From Dipteris shenzhenensis (lineage: Eukaryota), in NCBI GenBank assembly GCA_047967505.1, contig CM106538.1: a stretch of DNA of 64,000 bases; one strand, 5' to 3'. The position numbers and the translations under genes were made by a program. The notes below the pieces were generated by a model. The model searched no databases and was not told the origin of the DNA. It saw only the letters and a program-made list of their open reading frames with translations. Positions 23,579 to 36,200 of this stretch are shown here, in pieces; the first letter of the stretch is position 1; each line of letters starts with the position of its first letter.

Positions 23579-23749
23579 ATGAGGGTTGGTTCTTTTAAGA
23601 TTGTCTATGTGCTATTCTGTGCTGAAGATTCTTCCCGTGTAGTATTTCACACTACACCAGTCACACCCTACCCTGCCTATGTGTGCTTTGTGGATGTATC
23701 TTCACCCGATTTTCAGTTCAAGCTTCCTCTTTCTATTGTTTGTCCATAG
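23579..23749 (+). CDS. gypsy accessory ORF-F, 56 aa
   Basis: MRVGSFKIVYVLFCAEDSSRVVFHTTPVTPYPAYVCFVDVSSPDFQFKLPLSIVCP*. Same length in copy 1, with a weaker synonymous signal (~5 syn / ~10 nonsyn). Confidence 0.45.
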   Translation: MRVGSFKIVYVLFCAEDSSRVVFHTTPVTPYPAYVCFVDVSSPDFQFKLPLSIVCP

Positions 23750-23777
23750 ATAAGCCTCTCTTTTCCATCTTCCAAGC

Positions 23778-26700
23778 ATGGCTGACATTCCCATGTTTTG
23801 TGGACGGATGGAAGAAAATCCAAATGAGTATCTTATGGCCTTCAAGCGCTGTTGTGTTTCTCTCAACTTTCTTACTGAAGACAGATGGCTGTTGGTTCTT
23901 CCCAAATTTCTAGAGGGTTTGGCTCAAGTGTGGTATGAGAAGTAGGCCGAAGACGTTCGCCAAAGCTGGCCAAGGTTGATAGCAGTGATGATTGAGTATT
24001 TTGGCAAAGAAGAGGAGCCGGAGAATGTGTACCTATAGGTGGCAAACTTGAAGCAGTCAGAAGGTGAGACGGCACGTCGATATGTGGATCGAGTGGCCGT
24101 GCTCCTGGACCGGTTTAATTGCCATGCAGGAGGACAATGCCGGATTTCGAGCTGGAATGACTCAGCATGTGCTAGGCTACCTTATAGCAGAAGCAAGTGA
24201 TGAATTCCGCCTCAAGCTTAAATGGGAGAATCCAGAAACTATGGTGCTAGCACATGAGATTGCTCAAAAGTTTGATAAAGTTCAGTCTAACCCCGCTTCA
24301 AAGAAGACGATTGTCCCTCCGCAACCCCCGCAATTCTTGCAACAACAACCTGGGGGGTCTAACTCAGGGCCATACCCCCACCCCTCATCAGGGATGTATC
24401 CACCGCCTCCACCTCAAATGTATGGTCCTCCCTTAGATGCTTACCCTCAACAAGGTGTATATCCTCACCCTCTGCCTCGAAGATTTCCCCAGCCTCGCCC
24501 ACGAGCCCCCCTCCTCTCTACTCCCGCGGCCCCTCCAGCTAAAGAGGCCCCCCCTGCAATAGAACTTGGAGTCAATGACCTAGCCAAGGCCCTGAATGAT
24601 CTTCGGCTTTAGATGGTGGGAATCAGAAATCAAGCCAACTACCCTCCAAGAGACCGTGCTAATGTTGTATGCTACGAGTTCCACCAGAAGGGTCATTATC
24701 GCATAGAATGCCCCAATATTCCAAGGGTGAATCTTCTAAGTGAGTCGGGAACTAAGGATTCTGATGTAGAGATCCTTGACCTCGGGAAAAGAAGTCGTGC
24801 CACCTCGGACCCCTCTCCAAACCGTGGACCGGGCTGCCCCTGGAAGAAGGTGTCCTTCTCAGACCCCTCAGATGCTGAGATGGTAGACCCACCAACAGAG
24901 AAGACTAAAAGATCTCGCAGGAGTAAGTGGTCACCCTCGGATTTTCCCATCGGCTCAAGGCAAGAGGACTATCGGTCGTTCAGGACCTTGCTCATCGGTC
25001 TTTGAGCATCACGCTCCCTCAACTAATAGCATTAAGCCCTAAGGTGAGACGTGAGCTGCAGCAAGGTCTCTCAACAAGGAAGAGCAAGAAAAAGGGAAAG
25101 GTACGAGAGGTATCTTCTATCTGTGAAGAAATTGATCGGCACCCACATACAGTAGATGTCATCATAGATAATTGCCGTGTCAAAAATGTGTGTGTTGATG
25201 GGGGAGCTGCATGTAATATCATGGTGCCCCGAATCATGAAGAAATTGAATTTGAAATGTACAAGGCGTTCCTCCACTCGAATCAAGGTAACAGATGGTCG
25301 ACGACTCGCCACCCTAGGAGTCATTGAGGATTTGCCCATCATTGTCAATGGGTTGACCACCACTGTCAATTTCTATGTAGTGGACATTGAAGATATAGGC
25401 AGAAGTTACCCAGCCATACTCGGGAGACCATGGTTGAGAAAGAGTGATGCAGTCAGCTATTGGAAGATAGGACACATGTCTTTTGGTGCTTCCAAGGAGA
25501 AGATCCCGGTGCAACCCAGTGCCATGGAACCGGAAGAAGAAGAGGAGCAAGACAGTGATACTCTCTCATCCTCGGTGTCTGAATCCATGGAAGAATCAGA
25601 CGGGGGGGAGGAATTCTCAAAGGAGGAAGTTTACATGATGGGGGTGTCTCCAACCCTACCACCTGCAGAAAAGATAATAGCTAGTCCTCAACAGCTTGAA
25701 TCTATGCTTTCCCCAGACCTCACTCCAAGTGAGAAAGATGAGTTCCTAGAAATGTTCAAAGATTTCCCTGACCTCTTTGCAACTAGCTACCACCACCTTC
25801 GCCATGTGACTACCATAGAGCACAAGATAGAGCTGAAGCCTGATGCGAAGCCTGTGGCTCAGAAGTATCAGAGATTAGGGCCCCTACAGACCGATGCTTT
25901 GCTCTCAGAGTTGTAGAAGCTTGTAGAGGCTGGGTTTATTGTTCCGGTTCACAATATTGAATGGGTTTCACCAGTGGTAGTCACCCCAAAGAAAAACAAC
26001 AAGTGGGGAGTCTGCATCGACTATAAGAAACTCAATGCAGCCACCAAGAGGGATCATCATCCTCTGCCCTTTCAAGACCTCATTCTTGAGAAGGTAAGTG
26101 GTCATGAGATGTATACTTTCTGTAATAGTTACTCTGGGTTTTATCAAATCAGAATTGTCGAAGAAGATGTGCTTAAAACCACATTTGCCACACCTTGGGG
26201 GACATTTGCATTCAAAGTAATGCCATTTGGCCTCACCAATGCTCCTGCTACCTTTCAAAGATTTATGCAGATGGTGTTTGCTCCTTATTTGGGGGATTTC
26301 TTGGAGGTGTTTTTAGATGACTTTTGTATATTCTCGTCACGTAAGGAGCACGTCATGTAGGTTAGATTGGCCTTCCAAAGGGTCAATGATGCAAATGGTA
26401 GTCTCAACCCTGAGAAATGCACCATTGGAGCCACTCAAGGGAGGTCATTGGGACATATTGTCTCATCTGAGGGCGTCAAGCCTGACCCCGAGAAGGTAGA
26501 AGCCATCCTCAAGCTCTCACCGCCTACAACCAAACGTCAGGTACGCTCATTTGTCAATCTAGCAGGATACTATCGCCGCTTCATTGATCAATATGCTGCT
26601 TTGACACAACCCATGACTATGCTATTAAAAGATGGGGTTGATTTCTCTTGGGATGAGGATTATGATCATGGGTTTGCACAAATCAAGAATGCTCTGGATT

Positions 26701-29543
26701 CAGAACCCATTCTACGCAATCCAGATTGGTTAAAGACTTTCTATATCAATCCTGGGTTTGGTGAGCACAATCTGGCAGGCATTCTTCTCTAGCAAGAGGA
26801 GGATCGGTTCATGTATCCCGTTCGATTTGCTTCTCGACAATTGCTCGACACTGAGCAACACTATTCAGAGGCTGACAAGCATGCCTTGTCTTTGGTGTTT
26901 TGCATTGAGAAATTTAAGCATTATGTGGCTGGAAAGTCCTTCTTTATACTCACTGGCACTGGTCTTGCAAAGCAGGTTCTTCAATCACCAAATCCCATGG
27001 GCCGGTTGGCCAAATGGTTGGCAGTTCTACAAGAATATGATTTTTCTTTCAAAATTGTAAAAGGGGGTTGTTCCAACTTGAAGAATGCTTTGATTGATTT
27101 AGAGGAGTGCCTTGATGTAACCCTTGTAGTAGCCATAGAAGTTGGGGGTCCATGGTATGGTGGTATCTACAAGTTTCTGACTGCTTTCTCCTTTCCTTCA
27201 GAAAGTACTAGCTATGAGAGAAAGAAGATCCACAGAGATAGTAGGCACTACACCCTCCTTGATGGGGTGTTGTACCGTCAAGGCATGGATGGGGTACTAA
27301 GACGGGCCATTAATGCAGATGAAGTGCCTAAGGTATTGAAGCATTATCATGATGGATTTTGTGGAGGCCACTATGCCAGTGAGACTATACAGCTAAGAAG
27401 ATTTTACATGCTGGATAGTATTGGCCGACCTTGTTCAAGGATGTCATTTTGTATTGCAAAACCGGATGCGTCAATTTTACAAGCAAAAACCTATGAGCAG
27501 GTTTATACGAGCGTGTTTTTCAAGAGATTTTAAAAATAGTATTTCTTTAGGAAACATGGTTTTTACACTTTTATTTTCATTAGAACTAGATCCCTTTATC
27601 ATAAAAATATACAAACTAGTCACTCATTCATTTTTACATAACATAAATCTTCTTATTCATAGACATCCCTTTGTACCCTTGTTATTACCTTAAAAAAGTA
27701 TTGAAAAATAAATCATTTAAGAAACGTCCCTCATAATCACTCTCAACATAATATTATTTTACATAAATAATTACTTATTAAACACATTTATATCATATGG
27801 CAATATCTTTCAAGTGTTTTTATAGTATTAATAACAATATATTTATGGACACGTTTCTATAGAAGTTTAAATTACTGTAAATAAGTATTAACTTGGGCTT
27901 ATATATCTCTCTCATAAAATACATGTAATATTTAATACTATATATGCAAGGTTTTCCAAAATATAACCCCATAGATGTGCTCAAATGGGGTTTTCCGATC
28001 AATTTGAGTGGCTGAATGACTATATTTGGACATTGGATGTGAAAGTTATGTCACTTTTAAAAGTGCTGTCCAACGTAGTTTCGCCAACGAAACTACCTTG
28101 AAAGACCTTGTTCAAAGGGGTTTCGCTGGCGAAACTACCTTGATGGCTTGCTTCAATGAGTTTTCTTTGGAGAAACCCTTTCATGAAGATAGGGTGAGAG
28201 AGGTTTTTCAATGTCACCCCCTATTAAGTAAAAAGTTGTAAGAAGGATCATAAGGGAATTTTCATAGAGAAGTCTACTCTACATGTGGGTTTCTTCAAAA
28301 GCCATCCCATTATGTTCTCACCATTCCCAAAGATTCACATAAATATTCGTGTATAAAATAGGCATTCCTATAATACTTTTCATATTTCTAAGTGAAACTA
28401 TGTTTTCTTCTGATCCATTTTTGTCATATTTTTGCATAGTTGGAAGCTTTTTTTTCCTTCGCTCGGACGCTCGGAAGATTTCGCTCGGAAAATGCTCGTC
28501 CCTTGCAAAACCTGTGAACCATGCCAATTCTTTGGTAGGAAGGATTTGCGTCCTGGGCAACATCACCCAGTGATGTCCATCCATCCGTTTCAGAAGTGGG
28601 GAATAGATTTTGTCGGGCCCTTGCCCATGACTACCCGCAAAAAGAAGTATCTTTTGGTAGCCACTCAGTATGTCACTAAGTGGGCTGAAGCTATCGCCCT
28701 CCCCGCTGTAAATGGTAAGGCAGTTTCAAATTTCATATTTGAACGTATCTGCACAAGGTTTGGGACACCCATGGAGATTGTCTCTGACCATGGGAGTCCA
28801 TTCTTAAATGAAGCAGTGGAGTTACTCATGGATCGCATGGGTATTGATCATCACACTTCTAGCATCTATTATCCAACATCCATGGGTCAAACAGAGCGGA
28901 CCAATGGCCTCGGACCAATGGCCTCCTTTGTAAAACCATGGGAAAAATGGCCACAGGGAACAGGAGCCAATGGGATCAGAAGGTCACTGAAGCCATGTGG
29001 GCTTACAACATCACTCATAAAACATCTACAGGTCACACTCCTTTTGAGTTGGTGTATGGTACTGAGGCAGTTTTACCACTAGAGATAGAGATTCCGGCCT
29101 TGAGATTGGCACAAGAACAGAGGATGACAGAAGATGAACATGTAGAGGCCATATTGGTACAACTTGAGAAGTTAGATGAAACCCGACGCCTTGCACTACA
29201 CCAAACAGAGATCCAAAAGAATCGACAAAAGTCCCGCTTGGATGCTAAGATTCGCAAGGGATGGGAAAGACACTTTGCTAAGGGGGATGTTGTGCTATGC
29301 TTTGATAACAGATTGGACAACCAAATGGATAAGAAGTTTCTGCCACTGTGGACTGGTCCATACAAAGTCATCAAGGAACGTAGCAATGGGTCTGTACAAG
29401 TTCAGGAGCTGCATGAACCATATGGCCAGAAGGTGATCAACAAGCATTACCTTAAGCCTTTCTTTGTGCGTGATGGACCCAGGCATGGAAATGCTGTGCA
29501 TTCCCTGCCTGGGGGGGGAACTGTTATGGATAAAATTGTTTAA
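23778..29543 (+). pseudogene. gypsy gag-pol (gag, zinc knuckle, protease, RT, degenerate RNase H, integrase with GPY/F); stops, frameshifts and one insertion
   Basis: CVDGGAACNIM; MPFGLTNAPATFQR; VFLDDF; HDGFCGGH..CKTCEPC; WGIDFVG, IVSDHG, GQTERTN; WTGPYKV. No chromodomain or env. A 14-bp duplication at ~28898-28925 causes a frameshift. Confidence 0.95.
27464..28502. mobile_element. non-autonomous DNA transposon (Mutator-like) inside the integrase HHCC region
   Basis: 10-bp TSD TTGCAAAACC (27454-27463 / 28503-28512). GG...CC ends with weak TIRs and an AT-rich interior. Removing it restores YCKTCEPCQ. Confidence 0.8.
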
Positions 29544-30508
29544 GGAAAAAGGCATTAATATGTGTGTGTGTTTGTATATGTGGCAATAGTATAATAAAAT
29601 ATGGTGTGCATAGGGCCCAAGGTTGAGGTGGCAGGGCATGACCATGTGCCACTCTTCCATGTAAGAGGACCCATAAGGTGTGTTGTACATAATCCATGAT
29701 AGTAATATTATAAAATGTAAGGTGGCATGGCTCCTCCATGTGCCACCCCTCCACCTAGGCTGCATTTAGTGAAATATGGCTCAAAGTCCATGGGAAAAGA
29801 ACTATATAATAGGTGGAGATGGATATTATATTGAGTTATTCCCTCCATATGGGATAGGCCCATGTGGGGGAGGTATAGAAGGTCCAAGAGAGCAAGTTAA
29901 ATAATGGGGAAAGTAGGATGAGGTGGCAAGATTCCTTGTGCCAACCCTCCACTTGTCCTCCTAGAGGTTTGAACATATTATAAAATTGGGAAGAGACCAA
30001 GGGAGTATCATAGACTTGATGGGGCTTGATTTATGTGGAAAATTGAGGCGAAGGGTTGTCGCACACAATTGAGAGTGCATAACCGCCTAGCCCACATGGG
30101 AGACTTTTCCACACACACCATGCATGTGGGAGGATACATTAATTGGGAGGGACCCCCTCTTTTGGCTATAAAAGGAGGGGGCTATTCCTTGATGAGACAC
30201 GCTCATTCTTGTAAAGCCACCTAGCTAGTATTTCGATATTTCCCTCTCATCCTTTCTTTCAAATAAAGTATGGTTCTCTTCCCTTGATGTCTCCATCTCT
30301 ACATTCCTCCTCCTATCATGTACATGCTTCTCTTCCCCCTCTCCTTTTCCCCTTGTGTCATAGTCTCCCTCTTCCTTTCCTCCACTTCTAATTCCTTTTC
30401 CCCTCCCATGACAACGGTTTGCCCTCACGATCTCCTTTTCTCTATGGCCCTCGAGCGTCGCCATGCTTAGCCTCTAGCCCCTGGTCTTGATTTCTTTTCT
30501 GGCTAATA
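29522..30508 (+). repeat. 3' LTR of gypsy copy 2
   Basis: Directly follows the PPT; TGTTATGG...GGCTAATA. Confidence 0.95.
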
Positions 30509-32984
30509 GTGTGCACATGCATCTATGTGTCCACACATACATATCTCCAAGAGCATCATCCTAAAAGCAAACATACTATGGTTTTATAGCCACCCATGTG
30601 GTTGATAATCATAAACTACATCTTGCATAGCAAGGACTAGATACTACAATCATGCGGAGACACATCGTGCACATGTACATCTAGGCGGTAAATAATTGTT
30701 GATGCATGTTCCTATTTCACATGCAAATTTTCAATTTGATACCAAAGAAACTATAGAAGTTGTCTAGTTTATTCACAATATTCCTTCAATAGGCTTAATT
30801 CTTTCACTTATTGTACAAAACATATCTTATGATCCTTGATTTGCAAAATGGAGCCTATTAGTGAAAATTAAACAATTCATTCCTAAAATACTCTTCTACT
30901 ACTAAAAAGTTTACCAAATGAGAAAGCGAAGATTTCAATCTAACAATACTAGGGGCTCACCTCCTACTACTCAAATTTAAACATTAGGCTAGTTGGGCCT
31001 ATATTTTAGCATATAGGAGCCATACTATTGTGTACATTTTCATGTCTCACATAAAATTCTACAAATAAATTCACAAAAGTATACAATTAACTAAATTCAT
31101 ACATGTAACATACATATTGCATTCCAAATGCAAATTTCTTTGTGGTCATTTTTGAACATATATAAACATATCCTATATATGATTATTAAGTATAACAACA
31201 CCATGTTTGGGTGGTTTATGTGCCAATATTTATATAATTAAAAAAAATACTAATTGCTTACATTCATGCAACCTATTAAATGATACATTATTGAACTTTA
31301 TTTTTCAAAATAAAGCATATTATATAACTTATGAAATTTAATAAGAATTTGAAAATTGTTTTAGTTTCAATGGACTATCACCAATTTTTTGGTCTTGCAT
31401 AGGGCTTATTAGAAATGAGTTAGAAATCTAAACTGTGGTTCTCGATTGAACCAAAGTTTCCTTTTATGAGCACGTATTTTTGTGTGTAAGAACGTTAAAT
31501 TGTTAGCAAGATAGGAGCAAAATTTCCTATAGAAGACTTGCCTATGAAAAAGTCAAACTCCATAGACACAAATCATGCATGACTTGTTTGATCTAATGAC
31601 CAAGTTGACCTAAATTTTTTTTATTATAAATGTTTGCCACATTTGTAGCAATAGAAAAGGGGAAGGAATTTTTTAGGGAAAAGAGGAACATCTTCTTTGT
31701 TGATTGATTGAAATATGGATCTATCCTTTATCTAACTTTCAACTATTTTCTAGACCTACATATTTCAAAATGAATTTACGTCTATATACAATTCAAATGT
31801 GTGCCTATTACTCTACACCATATTAGTAATGTAAAGTAGCTAATTGTAAAGCCATTAAGAAAATGCTATTATTTAAAGTACAAAATTGTCTAATCTATAG
31901 TTGCTTTGTTTGTCATACAAAAGAAAAATATATGTGGTCCTTCTACCATATGTTAATTTGTGAAGCATCTTTTTTGTTGAAGCTAAAGAGAAGAACCTTT
32001 GATGCTTAGCTTTTGCAATCAAACAATGAAAAATGTGTTCTTATCTGCTCATATGGTCATTATAATTGCATTTTACAATGTACAAAGAAACGTTTGTTTG
32101 TAATATGAAAACATAAGAAACTTTAATGCTTGGTAAACAAAATTTAAAAATGTATGGATAGTCTAGAAAAGCATGAGTTCATAGTTCCAAGAAGGGGAAT
32201 ACATCAATCACACACCTAATTCCCCATAATACATGATAACATCATTTCATCACAAAGGGCGTGTATATGATTGATATAAAGTGTAAGAGTGATAAAGGGT
32301 GTATAACATTGTTGTCATTTAGAGTTAAAAGTGTATACTTGATGTTAATTAGATTACAAGTTTACAAGTGAGCCTTAAGGATATTATAATTTCTAAAACA
32401 TGTTTCATCTTTGATTTTTAACTTAAACACATGCACTAGACATATTCCATTGTTCCACTATAATAAGGATCAGCGTAAAGGGAAGGTAGGAAAATCCTTT
32501 TACACAAAATTATCACTTCAATTACTGTTGTTCTAATAAGGATACACAAAACGAAGAAGATTGATTGTATACTAGGTAATATATTTAGAGGTTATTGAAA
32601 GTAGTCTGATTTGTTGTGTGTCACAAAGCTCAAACATGAAGTTTGTTACATATAAATAGGATATAAATGGACTACAAGGATGTAAGGTTCTAATTTTTTG
32701 GTTTTAAAACCTTCTCCATACTTATGTATTAAGACCAATGGCCTTTTTATATCTATTATAAGGAACCATGCAACCATCTTAGATGTATACATAAACTGCC
32801 CACTGATTCACATGCTGTGAATGGTATTGCACCAACAAAATCACATTAACCCACTAGCCAATGCTTGGCTAAACAATGCACAAACCTCACTGAACTTCCA
32901 ATGCAGACCTGTACTTGCAAAACATGAGCTAATTTGAATGTTGTATTGCCAAATACAGAGGTAAACAGCTCCAAATCCTTTCCC

Positions 32985-33140
32985 ATAATTGGCAACAGTC
33001 TCAAAACCTGCTCAGAATAGTGTAGACAGCAACTACATTCACTATTATTGGGGCGGACAAGCTATAATTGGCAACAGTCTCAAAACCTGCTCAGAATAGT
33101 GTAGACAGCAACTACATTCACTATTATTGGGGCGGACAAG
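32985..33140. repeat. perfect 77-bp tandem duplication
   Basis: 32985-33061 is identical to 33064-33140. Confidence 0.9.
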
Positions 33141-33223
33141 TTGAATTATTTCAAAATCTAATTATAAGAAACCCATGCAAGATGATTCCTAAGCCAATTT
33201 TTTCCTAGAGGCCCTAATCTGTC

Positions 33224-36200
33224 TTTTTTTTTGCGGTAAAGTTCAACTTTGTATTAAGATTTAAAAAGTAGAAAGAAAAGGAGGGATATACAAAAGTGGA
33301 GCAGCCTCAAGAAAGCGAGGCGGGAACCTTCAATTCCAAATCTTTCCTACCATTCTATAGGTCTTGTTCTTTTTCCCAGAAAACTGTATTGCTTTTCAAT
33401 ATCCTCTATGATGGTTGTAGTCACCATTCTCCCCAAATGGGGTCTATGAAAGGCAAGGTTGTTTCTCTGTCTCCATACATGAGTTATCATGTGTGCTCTG
33501 ACCACCTGCCAAACTTCATACATGGGGTCAATCATCCTGCATCTATCCCCTAGCAGGGCCATTTTCCAACTCATTTTGAAGATAATGTGAGCTCTTGCCA
33601 AGCTGAGGCCAATCTGTTTCCACACATCCTTGATAAAGGAGAAATCCCAGAATAGATGCATATGAGTATGCTTCATAGCATTACAAAAAAGGCAAGTCGT
33701 ACCAGCATTCAGATTCCATTTTGCAATTCCTACTCCCACCATCATTTTACCAACAATCACCCACCAGAGGAGAAAGTTTAGTTTTGTAAGATGGTGTGGC
33801 CTTCCACACCCTTTGAAGCCGTGCAACCCATACTTGCACCGTGTCATTTGGGGCATGGAACCTCCACTTTCTACTTGCAAACAAGGGAGCCTCTAGAGAA
33901 TTACACTCAATAAAGTCCCTTAAGCAGACTTTAGAGAATGGTTTTCCTTGACTCCAAACCAACCCTCTGAACCCCGGTTCTTCCTAAAAATATTGACTAA
34001 TATGCCAGTCACCCTTAATTCTGCTCAACAAGAGAGTAATTACCTCACCTTCCCATAGTGTTAACCCATATCTTTGTACAATGGTCTCAGCATTTAACCA
34101 CTTTAGCCCACCAGGATCCCAAATTTGCACAAAAGTCTGAAGCCCTTTCTTAAACATTCTAGCTACCAGACAAGGGTAACTCTTAAGAAGATCTGGGCCT
34201 ATAATTAATGGCCAGTCAGATAACCAAATTGACCTCCCAAGAGAGGCCTCACCATGAAGTGACGTTAGTCCCCCCCATAGACAACCCTTCGATTTACCCT
34301 TCCATATTTGCGCTAGCCTTATGAGCAATTCAGATTGGGGAGTCTTAACTGCAAACTCAGATAATATTACGTCTTGCCATGGATAGTTAATCTTTATTAG
34401 AGCATTCAGGCACATAAAGAATCTTGAGATAATTGCCCTCGGTTGGCTGCTACCTAGCTGTAGTTGCCACTTGCTACACAGAATGCCATTCTTTTCTTTC
34501 ATAGAGACTAAACCCAAACCACCATTCTCCTTTGGAGCTTCATTAGCTCCCATCTCATTAAGTGCCATCTCCCCTCCCATATGAAGTTCGAAATAAGTCT
34601 GTCCACATTATTAGTTTTGGAGAACGAAATGACAAGAAGTACATTTACCAAGATAGACTCAAGCATATGCTTCGCAATGGTAGTTCAGGCAGCAAGGGAG
34701 AGGGTTTTTCCAGTCCATCTATCAAACTTATCCTTAATTCTCCTGATTGCCCATTCAAACTTGTCTTTTAAAGAAACTCCTCCCCCAATTGGACATCCAA
34801 GGTATCTCAAGACTTGTCCTTTTTGGATCCAGTCGAATTTAAAATTAGCTGTCCATGGAGGTTCCTCATCCCAATCGAGCCAAAGAGTAGTCGTCTTGTC
34901 CTTATTGACTTTAGAATCAGATAGTGTAGCAAACTCATCAACAATTTCCAAAAATATGTTTATGTTCTCCTCAGTCCCAACCCAAAAATTGGTGTTGTCA
35001 TCAGTAAAAAATTACAAACAAAATAGAGTCTCACCTAGCATCTTTAAGCCCTTTAGGCTTCCACTATCGAGATGCCTATCAATCGGCACTAACAGAGGTT
35101 CTGTGACTATGGTGAAGAGCAGTGGAGCTAATGGGAAACCTTGCCTTCCACTTTGTTTTTATCGAAGCTATACTTATATATAATATAAAATCATGGTGAA
35201 AGTTTATTGAGCTATTTTTTTTAGTTTCACAATATTGATAGAACATAGTAGACTTTTATATATTTTCTTTTGAGTTTTGAAGTAAAATATGTAAAGCCTG
35301 GTGAAACTTTAAATTTTCTCATAAAAGTTTCAAATCTTGGTGAATATTTCAAATGTTTATTTTTATTAGGGCATACAAACTTTCAAAGCCAATATAAAAG
35401 TTTCACTTCTTAATGAAACTAAAATGAAAAAATCACCCATGCTTGCCTTATAGATCTTCTCAATTCAAACTTCTGATAGTGATAACTGTTTACTGAAACC
35501 GTCGCCCATGCATTTGTAAACAGCATGTTTACTAGCATGCAAAATCCACTACCAAACCCTTGTGGATCTAAACAGCTCAAGACACAAACTCCCAGCTTAC
35601 ACGATCGTAGGCCTTCTCTAGGTCTAGGTTAAGCATGAGTATTTTTTCATTACTTGCCAAGGCATAATCCATAGCTAACATTGCATTCAGAACTGCTTCA
35701 TGAATGTTTTTGCTATTAACAAAACCAAATTGGTGTGGGTGAATGAGCCCTGACAAAAGGAACTTGATCCTTTTAGCCAAAAACATGGCTATCACTTTAT
35801 AGACCGTGTTGAGCATTGACAACAGTCTCCATTTTCTTGGAGATAGCCTATTATGGGACTTAGGAATCAATTTTATCACACCTGTGTTTAACTCTATGGG
35901 CATCTCGCCCTTAACCTTGCACCGATTAATGAGCTTAACCAACTAAGTTTTGCATGTATCCCAATATACTTGAAAGAATTTAGCAGGAATACCACCAGGG
36001 CTAGGAGCTTTCTCCTTAGCCATTTGCATAACTGTGAATTTTACCTCTCCTTCGGAGAATGGTTTCTATAGCATAGTCGCTTCAAAGTCTAGCACTTTGT
36101 GAGGCATGTCAACCAGAAAGGCTTTCAATCTAATTTCAAATTCGACAAGTTTTATCCACCACACACCCTGTGAGAAGTAAATCCTGTTGAGGTGAGTAGT

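Larger units (their letters stand above)
20467..30508 (+). mobile_element. full-length Ty3/gypsy element, copy 2 (non-chromovirus, Athila/Tat-like RT) with an upstream accessory ORF array
   Basis: Two ~990-bp LTRs, PBS, PPT (GGGGGGGGAA 29511-29520), gag-PR-RT-RH-INT. Flanks GTGTGT / GTGTGC form the TSD within a TG repeat. Confidence 0.96.
12070..30650 (+). repeat. unclassified ~5 kb mostly non-coding repeat, copy A (split by insertions 15584-19274 and 20467-30508)
   Basis: Blocks 12070-14070, 14680-15583, 19340-20466 and 30509-30650 align in order with the reverse complement of 57300-51950. Confidence 0.75.

Noticed and set aside
29295-30464. ORFs in or overlapping the LTRs as an env-like gene
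   Set aside because: They are short, recur only because the LTRs are repeats, and pol runs directly into the PPT, leaving no env slot.
34581-35183. 200-aa plus-strand ORF
   Set aside because: Antisense shadow of the minus-strand LINE RT.
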